Positions 1-8,444 of a DNA stretch of 64,000 nt are shown one piece after another. The position numbers were made by a program, and so were the translations under genes. The notes under the pieces are model-generated. The model ran no database searches. It worked only from the letters and a program-made list of their open reading frames with translations, and was not told where the DNA came from. How positions within the stretch are numbered: the first letter of the stretch is position 1; every line of letters begins with the position of its first letter. The stretch comes from an uncultured Omnitrophica bacterium. Its GTDB lineage: Bacteria; Omnitrophota; Gorgyraeia; JACQQV01. The stretch spans positions 1,515 through 65,514 of the forward strand of contig CAMTXH010000011.1 of NCBI GenBank assembly GCA_947085655.1, read 5' to 3'.

Positions 1-2
1 AA

Positions 3-830
3 GACGGCGGCATTCCGAGTATTATCGGGGCAAGACCTGCGGAGGGATACCCCCATCATTTTGCGGAAGAGGGGGTGGATTCAACGCTCGATTTCCTTAC
101 CATTTTGAATGAGAGGCCGCTTGTTTATCCCGTTGTCACTCCGCCGACAGAAGCCCGGGACGGCGCCGGGCGGATTTCGATGAGTCAGGAGGCGGCTCTT
201 TCCCCGGTCCAATCCTACAATCCCTCTGCCTCCGTTCTCCACCCACTTTTACGGGGGAATCCTCCTTTTCTCCAACTGGAACTGACCTCGTCTCTTTTAC
301 AGGCAGATGCCGCCCTGACGGAATTGAGAATCGTTGCGGAACTTTTGGATCGGAGGGGGGTTTCGGATGCGGTGGTTTTGGTGGATCCGACACCGGAGAA
401 GACCGAGCCGCATGAACCGTTTCTAAGGGTTCTCGGTTCCCGGTACGGCTCTGTGGCTTTCCTCACGCCTCAGGAAATAGCCACCCGTTCGCCGAATCGA
501 CAAGGCAGTCCCATTATCCGGATGGGATTGGAGGGAGAGGAAGGGGTTTTCGGCGGAAATGTGGATTATACGCTCACCCTGCCTGCGCCCGATACGTTTA
601 TCTCTTTCTTTAGTTTATTGCAGGTGGCCCTCCTCCACCGTCCGGATGTGCTGAAGGCCTTTCCCGAAGAAAGGGTCAGACAAGTTTCGGGTGAACTCAC
701 CCCCCAGCTTTCAGCCCTCTCCTTGGAAGAGATTCAGTCCCTGGTGCATCGCGCAACGACCCATTTAACCACTCTCAGAACCTCTCTTTTTTATCAACGG
801 GATCTGGAATTCCTCCTGAAAGCCCTCTAA
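3..830 (+). CDS. Hypothetical protein, 5'-truncated (C-terminal part of a gene starting before the window)
   Basis: The frame is open from position 3 through the listed GTG at 75 to TAA at 828-830. No recognisable motif. Confidence 0.6.
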   Translation, partial: DGGIPSIIGARPAEGYPHHFAEEGVDSTLDFLTILNERPLVYPVVTPPTEARDGAGRISMSQEAALSPVQSYNPSASVLHPLLRGNPPFLQLELTSSLLQADAALTELRIVAELLDRRGVSDAVVLVDPTPEKTEPHEPFLRVLGSRYGSVAFLTPQEIATRSPNRQGSPIIRMGLEGEEGVFGGNVDYTLTLPAPDTFISFFSLLQVALLHRPDVLKAFPEERVRQVSGELTPQLSALSLEEIQSLVHRATTHLTTLRTSLFYQRDLEFLLKAL

Positions 831-833
831 CAT

Positions 834-1961
834 TTACCGACGGACAGCCCCCGCCGTTATCCCCGCAATAATGTAGCGCTGGAAAAAGAGAAACACAAGG
901 ATCACCGGGAAAGCGGTCAGGCTGGCCCCCGCCAGAAGATGCGCCCAGTCGACTCCCTGGAGATCTTTGTAGAGAGCGAGTCCCACTGGAAGAGTCCTCA
1001 TTTCGGCGGTATTGGTGAGGAGAAAGGGGTATAAGAACGCATTCCAGCACCTGATAAAGGTGTTGATCCCGACCACCGCCAGCGCCGGCCTGGAAAGAGG
1101 GAGGACGATGTCGAAGAAGATCTGAAAATCCCCCGCCCCGTCCATCCGCGCCGCATCCTCCAGAGAACGGGGAAGGGCGGAAATATACTGGCGCATCAGG
1201 AAAATATTGAACGGGAGGACAAGGTTCGGGATGGTCAACGACCAGTAGCGATTCAACCACCCGAAATTTTTCATCAGGATGAAGACCGGGACCATCAGGA
1301 CCTGCGGCGGAATCATGATGCTTGCCAGGACCAAAATGAAAAGGACTTCTTTTCCGGCGAATTCCTTCCGGGCAAAGGCATACCCGACCATCGCAGAAAA
1401 GAGGAGATTCCCCGCCACGACGGCGACGGCGATCAAAAGACTGTTCAGGAAATAGCGTCCGAAAAGGTCGCTCGTCAGAACATCCCTGTAATGATCCAGC
1501 GTCCAGTTCCGGAAGCGGAGCCGGACATCCCGGACGGAAACTCCCCCTTCTTTTTTGAAGGTGAGGATCTCTGCAATCTTTTCCGGAAGAGAGGGAAGGA
1601 GGGACGAAAGGTCAAAACGCCGGATTGGAATCGTCACGCGCTGCCACGTTTGTGCGATGCCCCTTTTCAAAAAGGGATCTACCGCGATGGACGTTTCGTG
1701 TCCCAGGACATCCCTCAAACCGACCCTGAGAGATTCCCCCCCTTTTTTTCCTTTCACCCAAAACGAGAGAGACCGAAACTTCCGCATGTCGGAACGGAGG
1801 AAAAAACTTTCCGTCTCTGGTATCCGTTCATCCACCGCCAACTCCTGAGCGGTCCATCCGAATGTTCCCACCGGCTTCACCGAACCGTAACCCATCAGAC
1901 CCAGGGGGGTAAGCGCCACACAGAGGAGAATCGTAAGAAGGACAATCGCCCAAATTTTCAT
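834..1961 (-). CDS. Carbohydrate ABC transporter permease (MalG-like) with an extracytoplasmic CBM-like insert
   Basis: EAA loop LEDAARMDGAGDFQIF and a typical MalG C-terminus (FLFFQRYIIAGITAGAV). Real start is ATG 1961 (MKIWAIVLL), overlapping the upstream stop as ATGA. The insert reads SLSFWVKGKKGGE...WQRVTIPIRRF. Confidence 0.9.
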   Translation of the reverse strand: MKIWAIVLLTILLCVALTPLGLMGYGSVKPVGTFGWTAQELAVDERIPETESFFLRSDMRKFRSLSFWVKGKKGGESLRVGLRDVLGHETSIAVDPFLKRGIAQTWQRVTIPIRRFDLSSLLPSLPEKIAEILTFKKEGGVSVRDVRLRFRNWTLDHYRDVLTSDLFGRYFLNSLLIAVAVVAGNLLFSAMVGYAFARKEFAGKEVLFILVLASIMIPPQVLMVPVFILMKNFGWLNRYWSLTIPNLVLPFNIFLMRQYISALPRSLEDAARMDGAGDFQIFFDIVLPLSRPALAVVGINTFIRCWNAFLYPFLLTNTAEMRTLPVGLALYKDLQGVDWAHLLAGASLTAFPVILVFLFFQRYIIAGITAGAVRR

Positions 1962-4204
1962 TCGGAGGTCTCCTCTCCGATCCCAAAAATTCGCATCTGG
2001 GCAAGAGAAAGAAGAAGGGTGATGATAAAAAGAAGGTATCCGACGGCGGAAGCAAGGCCCATTTCGAATTTTTGGAATCCGGTTTCGTAGAGATGGTACA
2101 CAACCGTTTTGGTTGCACCGAGGGGACCTCCCTGCGTCATGGTGAGAACTTCCGGAAAAACCTGAAGCGAATGAATCGTATGAATCACCACCACAAAAAG
2201 AATGATCGGCCTGAGCTGCGGAAGCGTAATCCGCCGGAACTTCTGCCATTCGCTGGCGCCGTCGATTGCCGCCGCTTCGTATAAGTTTTCCGGAATGGTG
2301 TTGAGTCCCGCCAGAAAGAGAATCATGTAATAGCCGAAGCTGGCCCAGATATTCATCATCATGATGCTCGGGAGAGCCAAGCGGGGATGAACGAGCCAGC
2401 TCGGCACCGGTTTCGGAAGGCCGGCTTTGTCCAAAAGCATATTGATGGGACCGGTTGGAGAATAGAGATAGGTAAAGAGGGTGGCAATGACGATCACGGA
2501 GGTGACGACCGGCAGAAAAAGCCCCGCCTGGTAGAGCTGCTTGAAGGGGATCTTCCGGTGAATCAGGACGGCCGCCCCCAGCGCCAGCGCCAGAGTCGGC
2601 GGGATGGTTCCGGCTGCAAAAAAGAGCGTGTGTCCCAGCGCCCGGTGGAAGTCCGCACTTTTCAGGAGGTCGACGTAATTCTGAAACCCCAAGAAGCGGC
2701 TCTCTCCGGTTAAAAGGGGATACCGCGAAAAACTCATCACAACGGAATGGAGAAGGGGATAGAGGCCAAAAAGGGCAAATGTCAAAAGCCAGGGGGAGAG
2801 GAAAATGAAAGTCGAGAAGGAACGTTCAATGGCGGGACGGACAAAACCCTCCCTTTTTTTGCGTATCCAAAGAACCGACACAAAAATGAGAAAGCACCCT
2901 GCCCAAAGAATCCCTGTTAAGAGTTGATCCCGGAAAAGAGGCCGCTTTGCTTCCTCGGCAAGGAGCCGGTCGATGCTCACCTGGGCATTCCGGAGCGCTT
3001 TCTCCGGCGGGGTATTCCCGATCATCACTTCTTCGACCGCCCGGGTGATGAAGGCCTGAAGTTCCGGCCAGAGCGGATGCGTCGGCGGTGAAACGGCGGT
3101 GGCCATCTGCTCCAAGAAACGCCGCGGGTGATGTTGCGACTGAAAATAGGGGTCCTCAACGCTTTTTTTAAAGGCGGGGAGGACATTCTGATGATGTTTA
3201 ACCACTTCCATCGTCTGGGATTCCTCAATGAGGAAGCGGATGAGTTGGAGGGATTCCTCCGGATGAGGAGAACTTTTCAAGAGGGCCAGGACTTCTCCCC
3301 CTGCAAAGGCGGCGGCTGTGCCGGCTTTGTCCGGCTTCGGGAGGAGTGCTGTTTGGAAACGGAGTTCCGGATTGAGCCGCGGAATCAGCCGGAGATTCCA
3401 GGCCCCCGAGATCTGCATGCCGACCTTTCCTTCCGCAAAAAGGGTGTTGACCTGACCCTGTCGCTCCACGAGCGAGAAGGGTTTCAGTTGCCGGTAAAAA
3501 GAGAGCGCCTCTAAAACCGCCGGCTGGTCCAGAAGAATCCGGTGCGGGTCTTCGGTCGAAAGAATCGCACCGTTTCCCCAGGCGAAGGGAAGAAATTCCT
3601 GCCAGGGGCTGTAAGGTTCTCCCGCAAAAATCGAGAAGCCGTAAATCCCTTTTTCGGGTTGATGAATCTGCCGGGCCGCCTGCAACAGTTCCGACCAGGT
3701 CCTTGGAGGAAAGTTGGGATTGAGTCCCGCGTTACGGAAGAGCTCTTTGTTGTAGAAAAGAAGCCGCGTTCCGACAAGCCATGGGAAGCCGTACACTTTT
3801 CCGTCGGAGGAGACGCTTTCCCAGAGATGGTAATGTTCCCGGAGAGGGGAGGTTTCCTGCGTCACCTCTTTGAGCAACCCCGCATGGATGAATTTGGCAA
3901 CCCAATCGATCCCCAACTCCGCCACATCCGGCGGGTTACCCGCCGCCATGGCAATGATGATTTTTTCAAGACCATGTTCCCAGGAGAGTTGCTGGATGCG
4001 GACCTGAATGTGAGGATGTTCGGTTTCGAACCGCTCCAGAAGGCGCGCCAAAAACGCTTCATTGGCGGAGAATTCCCAGACCGTCAGGGTGATTTTTTCG
4101 GGTGCGCTTTGAACACCGTCCAAGGGGAGGAGGAAGGCGATGGAGAAAAGGACAATCCCAATCCCACTTTTCAGAGAGTGGAGATGCATTCTTTGAGATC
4201 TCAT
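1958..4204 (-). CDS. Fused sugar ABC substrate-binding protein and MalF-like permease
   Basis: Signal peptide, family-1 SBP motifs (FETEHPHIQV, AAGNPPDV, LFYNKELF), then TM helices with the EAA loop LYEAAAIDGASEWQKF. Confidence 0.92.
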   Translation of the reverse strand: MRSQRMHLHSLKSGIGIVLFSIAFLLPLDGVQSAPEKITLTVWEFSANEAFLARLLERFETEHPHIQVRIQQLSWEHGLEKIIIAMAAGNPPDVAELGIDWVAKFIHAGLLKEVTQETSPLREHYHLWESVSSDGKVYGFPWLVGTRLLFYNKELFRNAGLNPNFPPRTWSELLQAARQIHQPEKGIYGFSIFAGEPYSPWQEFLPFAWGNGAILSTEDPHRILLDQPAVLEALSFYRQLKPFSLVERQGQVNTLFAEGKVGMQISGAWNLRLIPRLNPELRFQTALLPKPDKAGTAAAFAGGEVLALLKSSPHPEESLQLIRFLIEESQTMEVVKHHQNVLPAFKKSVEDPYFQSQHHPRRFLEQMATAVSPPTHPLWPELQAFITRAVEEVMIGNTPPEKALRNAQVSIDRLLAEEAKRPLFRDQLLTGILWAGCFLIFVSVLWIRKKREGFVRPAIERSFSTFIFLSPWLLTFALFGLYPLLHSVVMSFSRYPLLTGESRFLGFQNYVDLLKSADFHRALGHTLFFAAGTIPPTLALALGAAVLIHRKIPFKQLYQAGLFLPVVTSVIVIATLFTYLYSPTGPINMLLDKAGLPKPVPSWLVHPRLALPSIMMMNIWASFGYYMILFLAGLNTIPENLYEAAAIDGASEWQKFRRITLPQLRPIILFVVVIHTIHSLQVFPEVLTMTQGGPLGATKTVVYHLYETGFQKFEMGLASAVGYLLFIITLLLSLAQMRIFGIGEETSE

Positions 4205-4207
4205 TTG

Positions 4208-4360
4208 TATCCCGCCCTTTCCGCAATGAACTGGTACACTGAAAGGGCGGGATAAAATTCGGACAACGACTTACGTCCCTCGACTCCGCTCGGGACAGCC
4301 CTGAGCGAAGTCGAAGGGCGTCGGCCTCGATGGCCTCCGTAAGTCGTGTCCTCATTTTAC
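4208..4360. repeat. Composite palindromic intergenic element: a 14-bp hairpin plus a long stem enclosing a REP-like doublet
   Basis: TATCCCGCCCTTTC (4208-4221) pairs with GAAAGGGCGGGATA (4241-4254). GGACAACGACTTACG (4261-4275) pairs with CGTAAGTCGTGTCC (4338-4351). Inner doublet TCGACTCCGCTC...GAGCGAAGTCGA (4275-4319). Confidence 0.8.
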
Positions 4361-4370
4361 AAAAAATCCC

Positions 4371-4399
4371 TTGTGAAATCTATGGTTTTATGATAAAGT
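4371..4399 (+). promoter_or_regulatory. Putative sigma70 promoter for the SSS gene
   Basis: TTGTGA-17 nt-TAAAGT with an extended -10 TG, 24 nt upstream of the ATG. Confidence 0.45.
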
Positions 4400-4423
4400 A
4401 TCCTCAATTTTCCACACCATGCG

Positions 4424-6199
4424 ATGACAGAAACGATCGCTCTATCCTTTATCGATTGGCTCATCATCCTCTTCTATTTTGTCCTTTCCCTCGCCGTCGG
4501 TCTTTACTACACGAAGCGCGCCACAGGAAGTCTCACCGAATACTTTGTCGCCGGCCGGACCTTGAGCTGGTGGCTGGCCGGAACCTCCATTGTCGCCACC
4601 TCCTTTGCCGCCGATACTCCCCTTGCGATCGCCGGAATCGTCCGGACCCGAGGCATTCAGGGAAACTGGTACTGGTGGAGCGGGCTCATGGGAGGAATGC
4701 TCTGCGTTTTCTTTTATGCGCGGCTTTGGCGTCGTGCCCGGATTCTGACCGATGTGGAATTTGTGGAACTCCGTTACGGCGGAAAAGCGGCCTCGGGCCT
4801 TCGTCTTTTTCATGCCCTTTACCGTTCCACCCTCTTTAATACGGTGACAATGGGATGGGTGATTCTTGCGATGGCAAAAATTGTCCATGAGCTTCTCGGG
4901 TGGGACAAGGCCTTCTCCGTCAGCGTACTGGTGGTGATGACGCTCGTGTATACCCTCCTTTCGGGGATTTGGGGAGCGGTGGTGACCGATTTTTTCCAAT
5001 TTATCTGGGCGATGACAGGGTGCATTGTGTTGGCTATCCTCGTGGTGATCAAAACGGGAGGGCCGGCGGAACTTGTGATAAAGGCCATTGAATCTGCCAG
5101 AGCGCTTCAAGGAACGGAGACACTTTCAAAGGTGATTACGCCTGATCAACTGACCGGTTTTGTCCCTTCGCCGGGAGCGACAAACCTTGCCATTTTTTCC
5201 TTTTTTGTCTTTATTTTCTTTCAGTGGCTCGGGGGCGGCGAGGGAGGGGGATTCCTGGCCCAGCGGCTTTTTTCCACCAAAAATGAGAAACATTCGATGC
5301 TCGCGGTCCTCTGGTATAACTTCGCCCATTACGCCGTGAGACCCTGGCCCTGGATCATCGTCGGGCTCGGCTCCCTCATCTATTTTCCGAATATCGCGGA
5401 TCCCGAATCCTCCTATCCGAAGATGATGGTGATGTTTCTGCCGGTGGGATGGAGGGGATTCTTGGTGGCCGGATTCCTTGCCGCATTCATGTCGACCATC
5501 ACCACGCATCTCAACTGGGGCGCTTCTTACCTGGTGAACGACTTCTATAAACGTTTCATCAGGAAGGATGCCTCTGAGAGGCATTATGTATTTGTGTCGC
5601 AGCTTGCAACCTTCCTCATGGCAGTTCTTGCGGGGTTCACCGCTTGGAGGATGAAATCCATTTATGAGGCATGGCTTTTTATCCAGCTTCTCATGGTCGG
5701 AACCTCCCTGGTGGTTCTTTTGCGATGGTACTGGTGGCGAATCAACGTCTGGTCAGAGCTTTCTGCGATGATCTCCTCTTTAGTCATTTCGCTCACCCTT
5801 GAGAAAAGCCCCGCCTTTAAAAGTATCCAAGGACCGGACTTTTATGCGGTGAGACTTGTGATTACCCTTGCGATCTGCACGGTGATCTGGATCCTGGTGA
5901 CGTTGCTCACAAAACCGGTTGAGGAAAAACAGCTGGAAGATTTCTTCCGTCATGTGCGGCCGGGGGGGATGTGGGGACCGATTGCGAAAAAATGCAGCGA
6001 TGTAAAGAAACTGCACTTGGGGTTTCCGGAAGTGGCGAACTTTTTCCTCGGGACGATCTGTATCTATTCTTCGTTATTCAGTATCGGGTGGCTTATGATG
6101 GGACAAATCCAGCGCGGACTGATAGCGGCGGGACTCTGCGCCCTTTCCGGATACTTCATGTTTTTCCTTATTTCAAAGATGGACTGGGAAGGGATATAG
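4424..6199 (+). CDS. Sodium:solute symporter (SSS/SLC5 family)
   Basis: EYFVAGRTLSWW, ATSFAADTP, VVTDFFQF, AQRLFSTKNE and AAFMST motifs with many TM helices. Confidence 0.93.
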   Translation: MTETIALSFIDWLIILFYFVLSLAVGLYYTKRATGSLTEYFVAGRTLSWWLAGTSIVATSFAADTPLAIAGIVRTRGIQGNWYWWSGLMGGMLCVFFYARLWRRARILTDVEFVELRYGGKAASGLRLFHALYRSTLFNTVTMGWVILAMAKIVHELLGWDKAFSVSVLVVMTLVYTLLSGIWGAVVTDFFQFIWAMTGCIVLAILVVIKTGGPAELVIKAIESARALQGTETLSKVITPDQLTGFVPSPGATNLAIFSFFVFIFFQWLGGGEGGGFLAQRLFSTKNEKHSMLAVLWYNFAHYAVRPWPWIIVGLGSLIYFPNIADPESSYPKMMVMFLPVGWRGFLVAGFLAAFMSTITTHLNWGASYLVNDFYKRFIRKDASERHYVFVSQLATFLMAVLAGFTAWRMKSIYEAWLFIQLLMVGTSLVVLLRWYWWRINVWSELSAMISSLVISLTLEKSPAFKSIQGPDFYAVRLVITLAICTVIWILVTLLTKPVEEKQLEDFFRHVRPGGMWGPIAKKCSDVKKLHLGFPEVANFFLGTICIYSSLFSIGWLMMGQIQRGLIAAGLCALSGYFMFFLISKMDWEGI

Positions 6200-6348
6200 G
6201 GACGTTTTCAGAAAGTGTCCCCCTGGCCTGCCGGCCAGGGCAGGCCAGCGTGAAGGAGATACAAGGAACACTTTCGAAAACGTCCCTCGAAAGGAAACGT
6301 CCCAAAAACGATGGGGACACTTCGGGGCCAGAAGTAGAAACGTCCCTA
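6197..6348. repeat. GGGACGTTTC-family inverted-repeat element, copy 1 (composite)
   Basis: AGGGACGTTTTC...GAAAACGTCCCT (6198-6287), then GGGGACACTTCGGGGCCAGAAGTAGAAACGTCCCTA (6313-6348). Both ends coincide with the TAG stops of the two convergent genes. Confidence 0.85.
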
Positions 6349-7128
6349 CGCAGTCTGACGTTTCATCTCCTGAAGCATTCCTCTCAAAGCAGCCACAATC
6401 GCCCGCTCGTCCTTGGGGAGCTCTTCCGCCATTAACTCCAGACAAAGCCCTTCTCCGTAACGGTGTTTCACAAGGCGCGCAAGAAGTTCTTTGAGGGGGA
6501 GAACGCCATTCCCCGGTTTCAGATGCTCGCGCCCGCCCCGGTAATCGCTGTATTGGACCTGCTTGATTCTTCCGGTCTGGTAGAGAAGTTCAAAGTCCTC
6601 CAGAAAATCCCGCTTTTTGGTTCCCATGTGGGAGGAATCGAAACTCAAATAAAGGTTCCGCTCCATTAGAAAACGCTGAAGGCGCTCCGTTTTTGAGAGG
6701 AGGTGGGGGTCGCCGAAATAGCGGGCAAGACGGGGCATGTTTTCGACGCTGATCATCGTTTTCCCTCCGCTCACCTCTTTTTGGAAATCCCCGATTCGGA
6801 GAAACCATAAACAAAAACCCACTTCAAGGAGGAGCCAGCCGGGCGGATGGAAGTTCACAAGGGGTATCCCGGTTTCGGCGGCAAGCCGGACGGTCTTTTC
6901 GATTTTTTCCACCGGGTTCCCCCAGCCCCAAAGATTGATAAAAGGCACATGGACCGAATCGACCGGAAGAATTTTTTGAAGTTCCCGGACCAGTCCTGCC
7001 TCGTCCGTATTTTGAAATTCGCGGGTAATCATCAGGTTCATCCCGTCGAAACCGGCTTCCTTTGCGAGAGTGAAAACCTTCCGGACGGGCAGGGTATAAA
7101 ACGAACCGCTGGTTAAAAGGTAACGCAT
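6346..7128 (-). CDS. Sugar phosphate isomerase/epimerase (xylose-isomerase-like TIM barrel, AP_endonuc_2)
   Basis: AKEAGFDG, VENMP, FDSSH, SD...EHLKPGNG and LE metal-ligand pattern. Confidence 0.8.
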   Translation of the reverse strand: MRYLLTSGSFYTLPVRKVFTLAKEAGFDGMNLMITREFQNTDEAGLVRELQKILPVDSVHVPFINLWGWGNPVEKIEKTVRLAAETGIPLVNFHPPGWLLLEVGFCLWFLRIGDFQKEVSGGKTMISVENMPRLARYFGDPHLLSKTERLQRFLMERNLYLSFDSSHMGTKKRDFLEDFELLYQTGRIKQVQYSDYRGGREHLKPGNGVLPLKELLARLVKHRYGEGLCLELMAEELPKDERAIVAALRGMLQEMKRQTA

Positions 7129-7130
7129 TC

Positions 7131-8393
7131 TTATGTTCCCGGAATTTTCTGAACCAGGTCAAAACTGCGGACCGACAGATGTTGTAACCGTGAAATGGTG
7201 GCCAACGCTTCCTCCAGTTTTTTCTTCTCCTCCTCTCCCAAATCCTTTGGGGCGACGTAATAGTCCACTTTTTTACGGCCCGCCTTCAGAATCTCAATCT
7301 GCTTGAAAATCTTGATCCGGGTGAGGGTGAAGTAGGCCTCCTGAAGTTCGGCCGAAAACTTGGCGTCAAAATGACCGAGCCGTTCAAGGGTGAGGATCCG
7401 TTTGACGGTATTGGTTTCACGGACCCCGTAACGGAGGGCATAGACCAACACCAGCATCACCAACGGCATCCATCCCAGCAGTTTCGCATTAAATTGTCCT
7501 TTGTGTTTCCCGCGCCGCTCCAGTTTGAATCCGCGGAAGACCGCGCGGGCAAGCGGCATTTTTGTCGCCACCTCGGCGATCTCCCGGATCAGCCCCAGAT
7601 TCAGCCGCGGCACTTTATAAAGTTCGTGAATGAACTGGGAAGCGAGCGCCGAATCCCCGACAACATGTTTGGCGTCCATCAATGTAATCACTGAAACAAG
7701 CGCTTCTTCCTGAAAGGCGATTTCCCGGAGCCGCTTTTTCCACTCTTCCAGCGTATACCGCCACAAGGGATTGGAGGCCATGGTGCCGCCCTGGCAGAGG
7801 GCGAATCCGATTTTATCGAGGGCCTTGACCGCCCGTTTGGAGAACTCCTCAAAATAGTCCCGGTCCTCCGGATGCTCAACCACGATGAGATTGTCCTGGT
7901 CCACGATAAGGGTCTGCTCCTCTCTTCCGGCGCTTCCCATCCGGATCCAGGCGTACCGGCCTTTCGGTATCCGGCGTTCGCGTTTCAATTCTTTTTCGAC
8001 CAGGGTCATGACCTGCTCGGTGAGTTGATCATGATGCTGTGTGCAGAGTTCGTGCGTTTCCATGACCGCATGGGTCTTTTCAAAGAGCCGGTAGGTGATC
8101 TGGGTCAGTTTTTCACGGATCGGGACAAGCTCCTGGATCGTCTTGGCCTGCCGGATCTTTTCAAATTCCCGGCCGTAGGCGCTTCGAAGATCCCGGATCG
8201 CCTTCAGTTCCCGCTCGATATAATCCCCGAACCGCTCCAGGAACGTATACCGGACATAGCCGGGAAGGCCCTCGAAGATTTCGTTGTAAATCTTGATAAA
8301 GTCCTGAAGGAGGGTCCCGATCCAGAGTTCCCGTCCCCGCTCCCCTGGGAAAAACTTGATCAGCCGGTTGATTTCCCTGAATTTGTCTTCCAT
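7131..8393 (-). CDS. DUF294/DUF294_C putative nucleotidyltransferase
   Basis: MGSAGREEQTLIVDQDNL (GS...DxD motif), LCQGGTMASNPLWR, and ETNTVKRI in the C-terminal domain. Start taken at ATG 8393 because the longer ORF overlaps the divergent gene. Confidence 0.85.
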   Translation of the reverse strand: MEDKFREINRLIKFFPGERGRELWIGTLLQDFIKIYNEIFEGLPGYVRYTFLERFGDYIERELKAIRDLRSAYGREFEKIRQAKTIQELVPIREKLTQITYRLFEKTHAVMETHELCTQHHDQLTEQVMTLVEKELKRERRIPKGRYAWIRMGSAGREEQTLIVDQDNLIVVEHPEDRDYFEEFSKRAVKALDKIGFALCQGGTMASNPLWRYTLEEWKKRLREIAFQEEALVSVITLMDAKHVVGDSALASQFIHELYKVPRLNLGLIREIAEVATKMPLARAVFRGFKLERRGKHKGQFNAKLLGWMPLVMLVLVYALRYGVRETNTVKRILTLERLGHFDAKFSAELQEAYFTLTRIKIFKQIEILKAGRKKVDYYVAPKDLGEEEKKKLEEALATISRLQHLSVRSFDLVQKIPGT

Positions 8394-8444
8394 GCAAGGA
8401 TATCTTAACACAAAACGAATTCTTCTTGCTATAATCAGAAAAAG

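Noticed and set aside
1962-2249. N-terminal extensions in the ORF track (also 8394-8609, 22022-22336, 27363-27563, 42816-42944, 48805-48855)
   Set aside because: They overlap neighbouring genes or promoters. Downstream starts have an RBS or ATGA coupling and match the family N-termini.
4059-4355. 98-aa ORF crossing the structured leader (possible leader peptide)
   Set aside because: It is a translation of palindromic repeat sequence and overlaps the ABC gene out of frame. There is no independent coding evidence.
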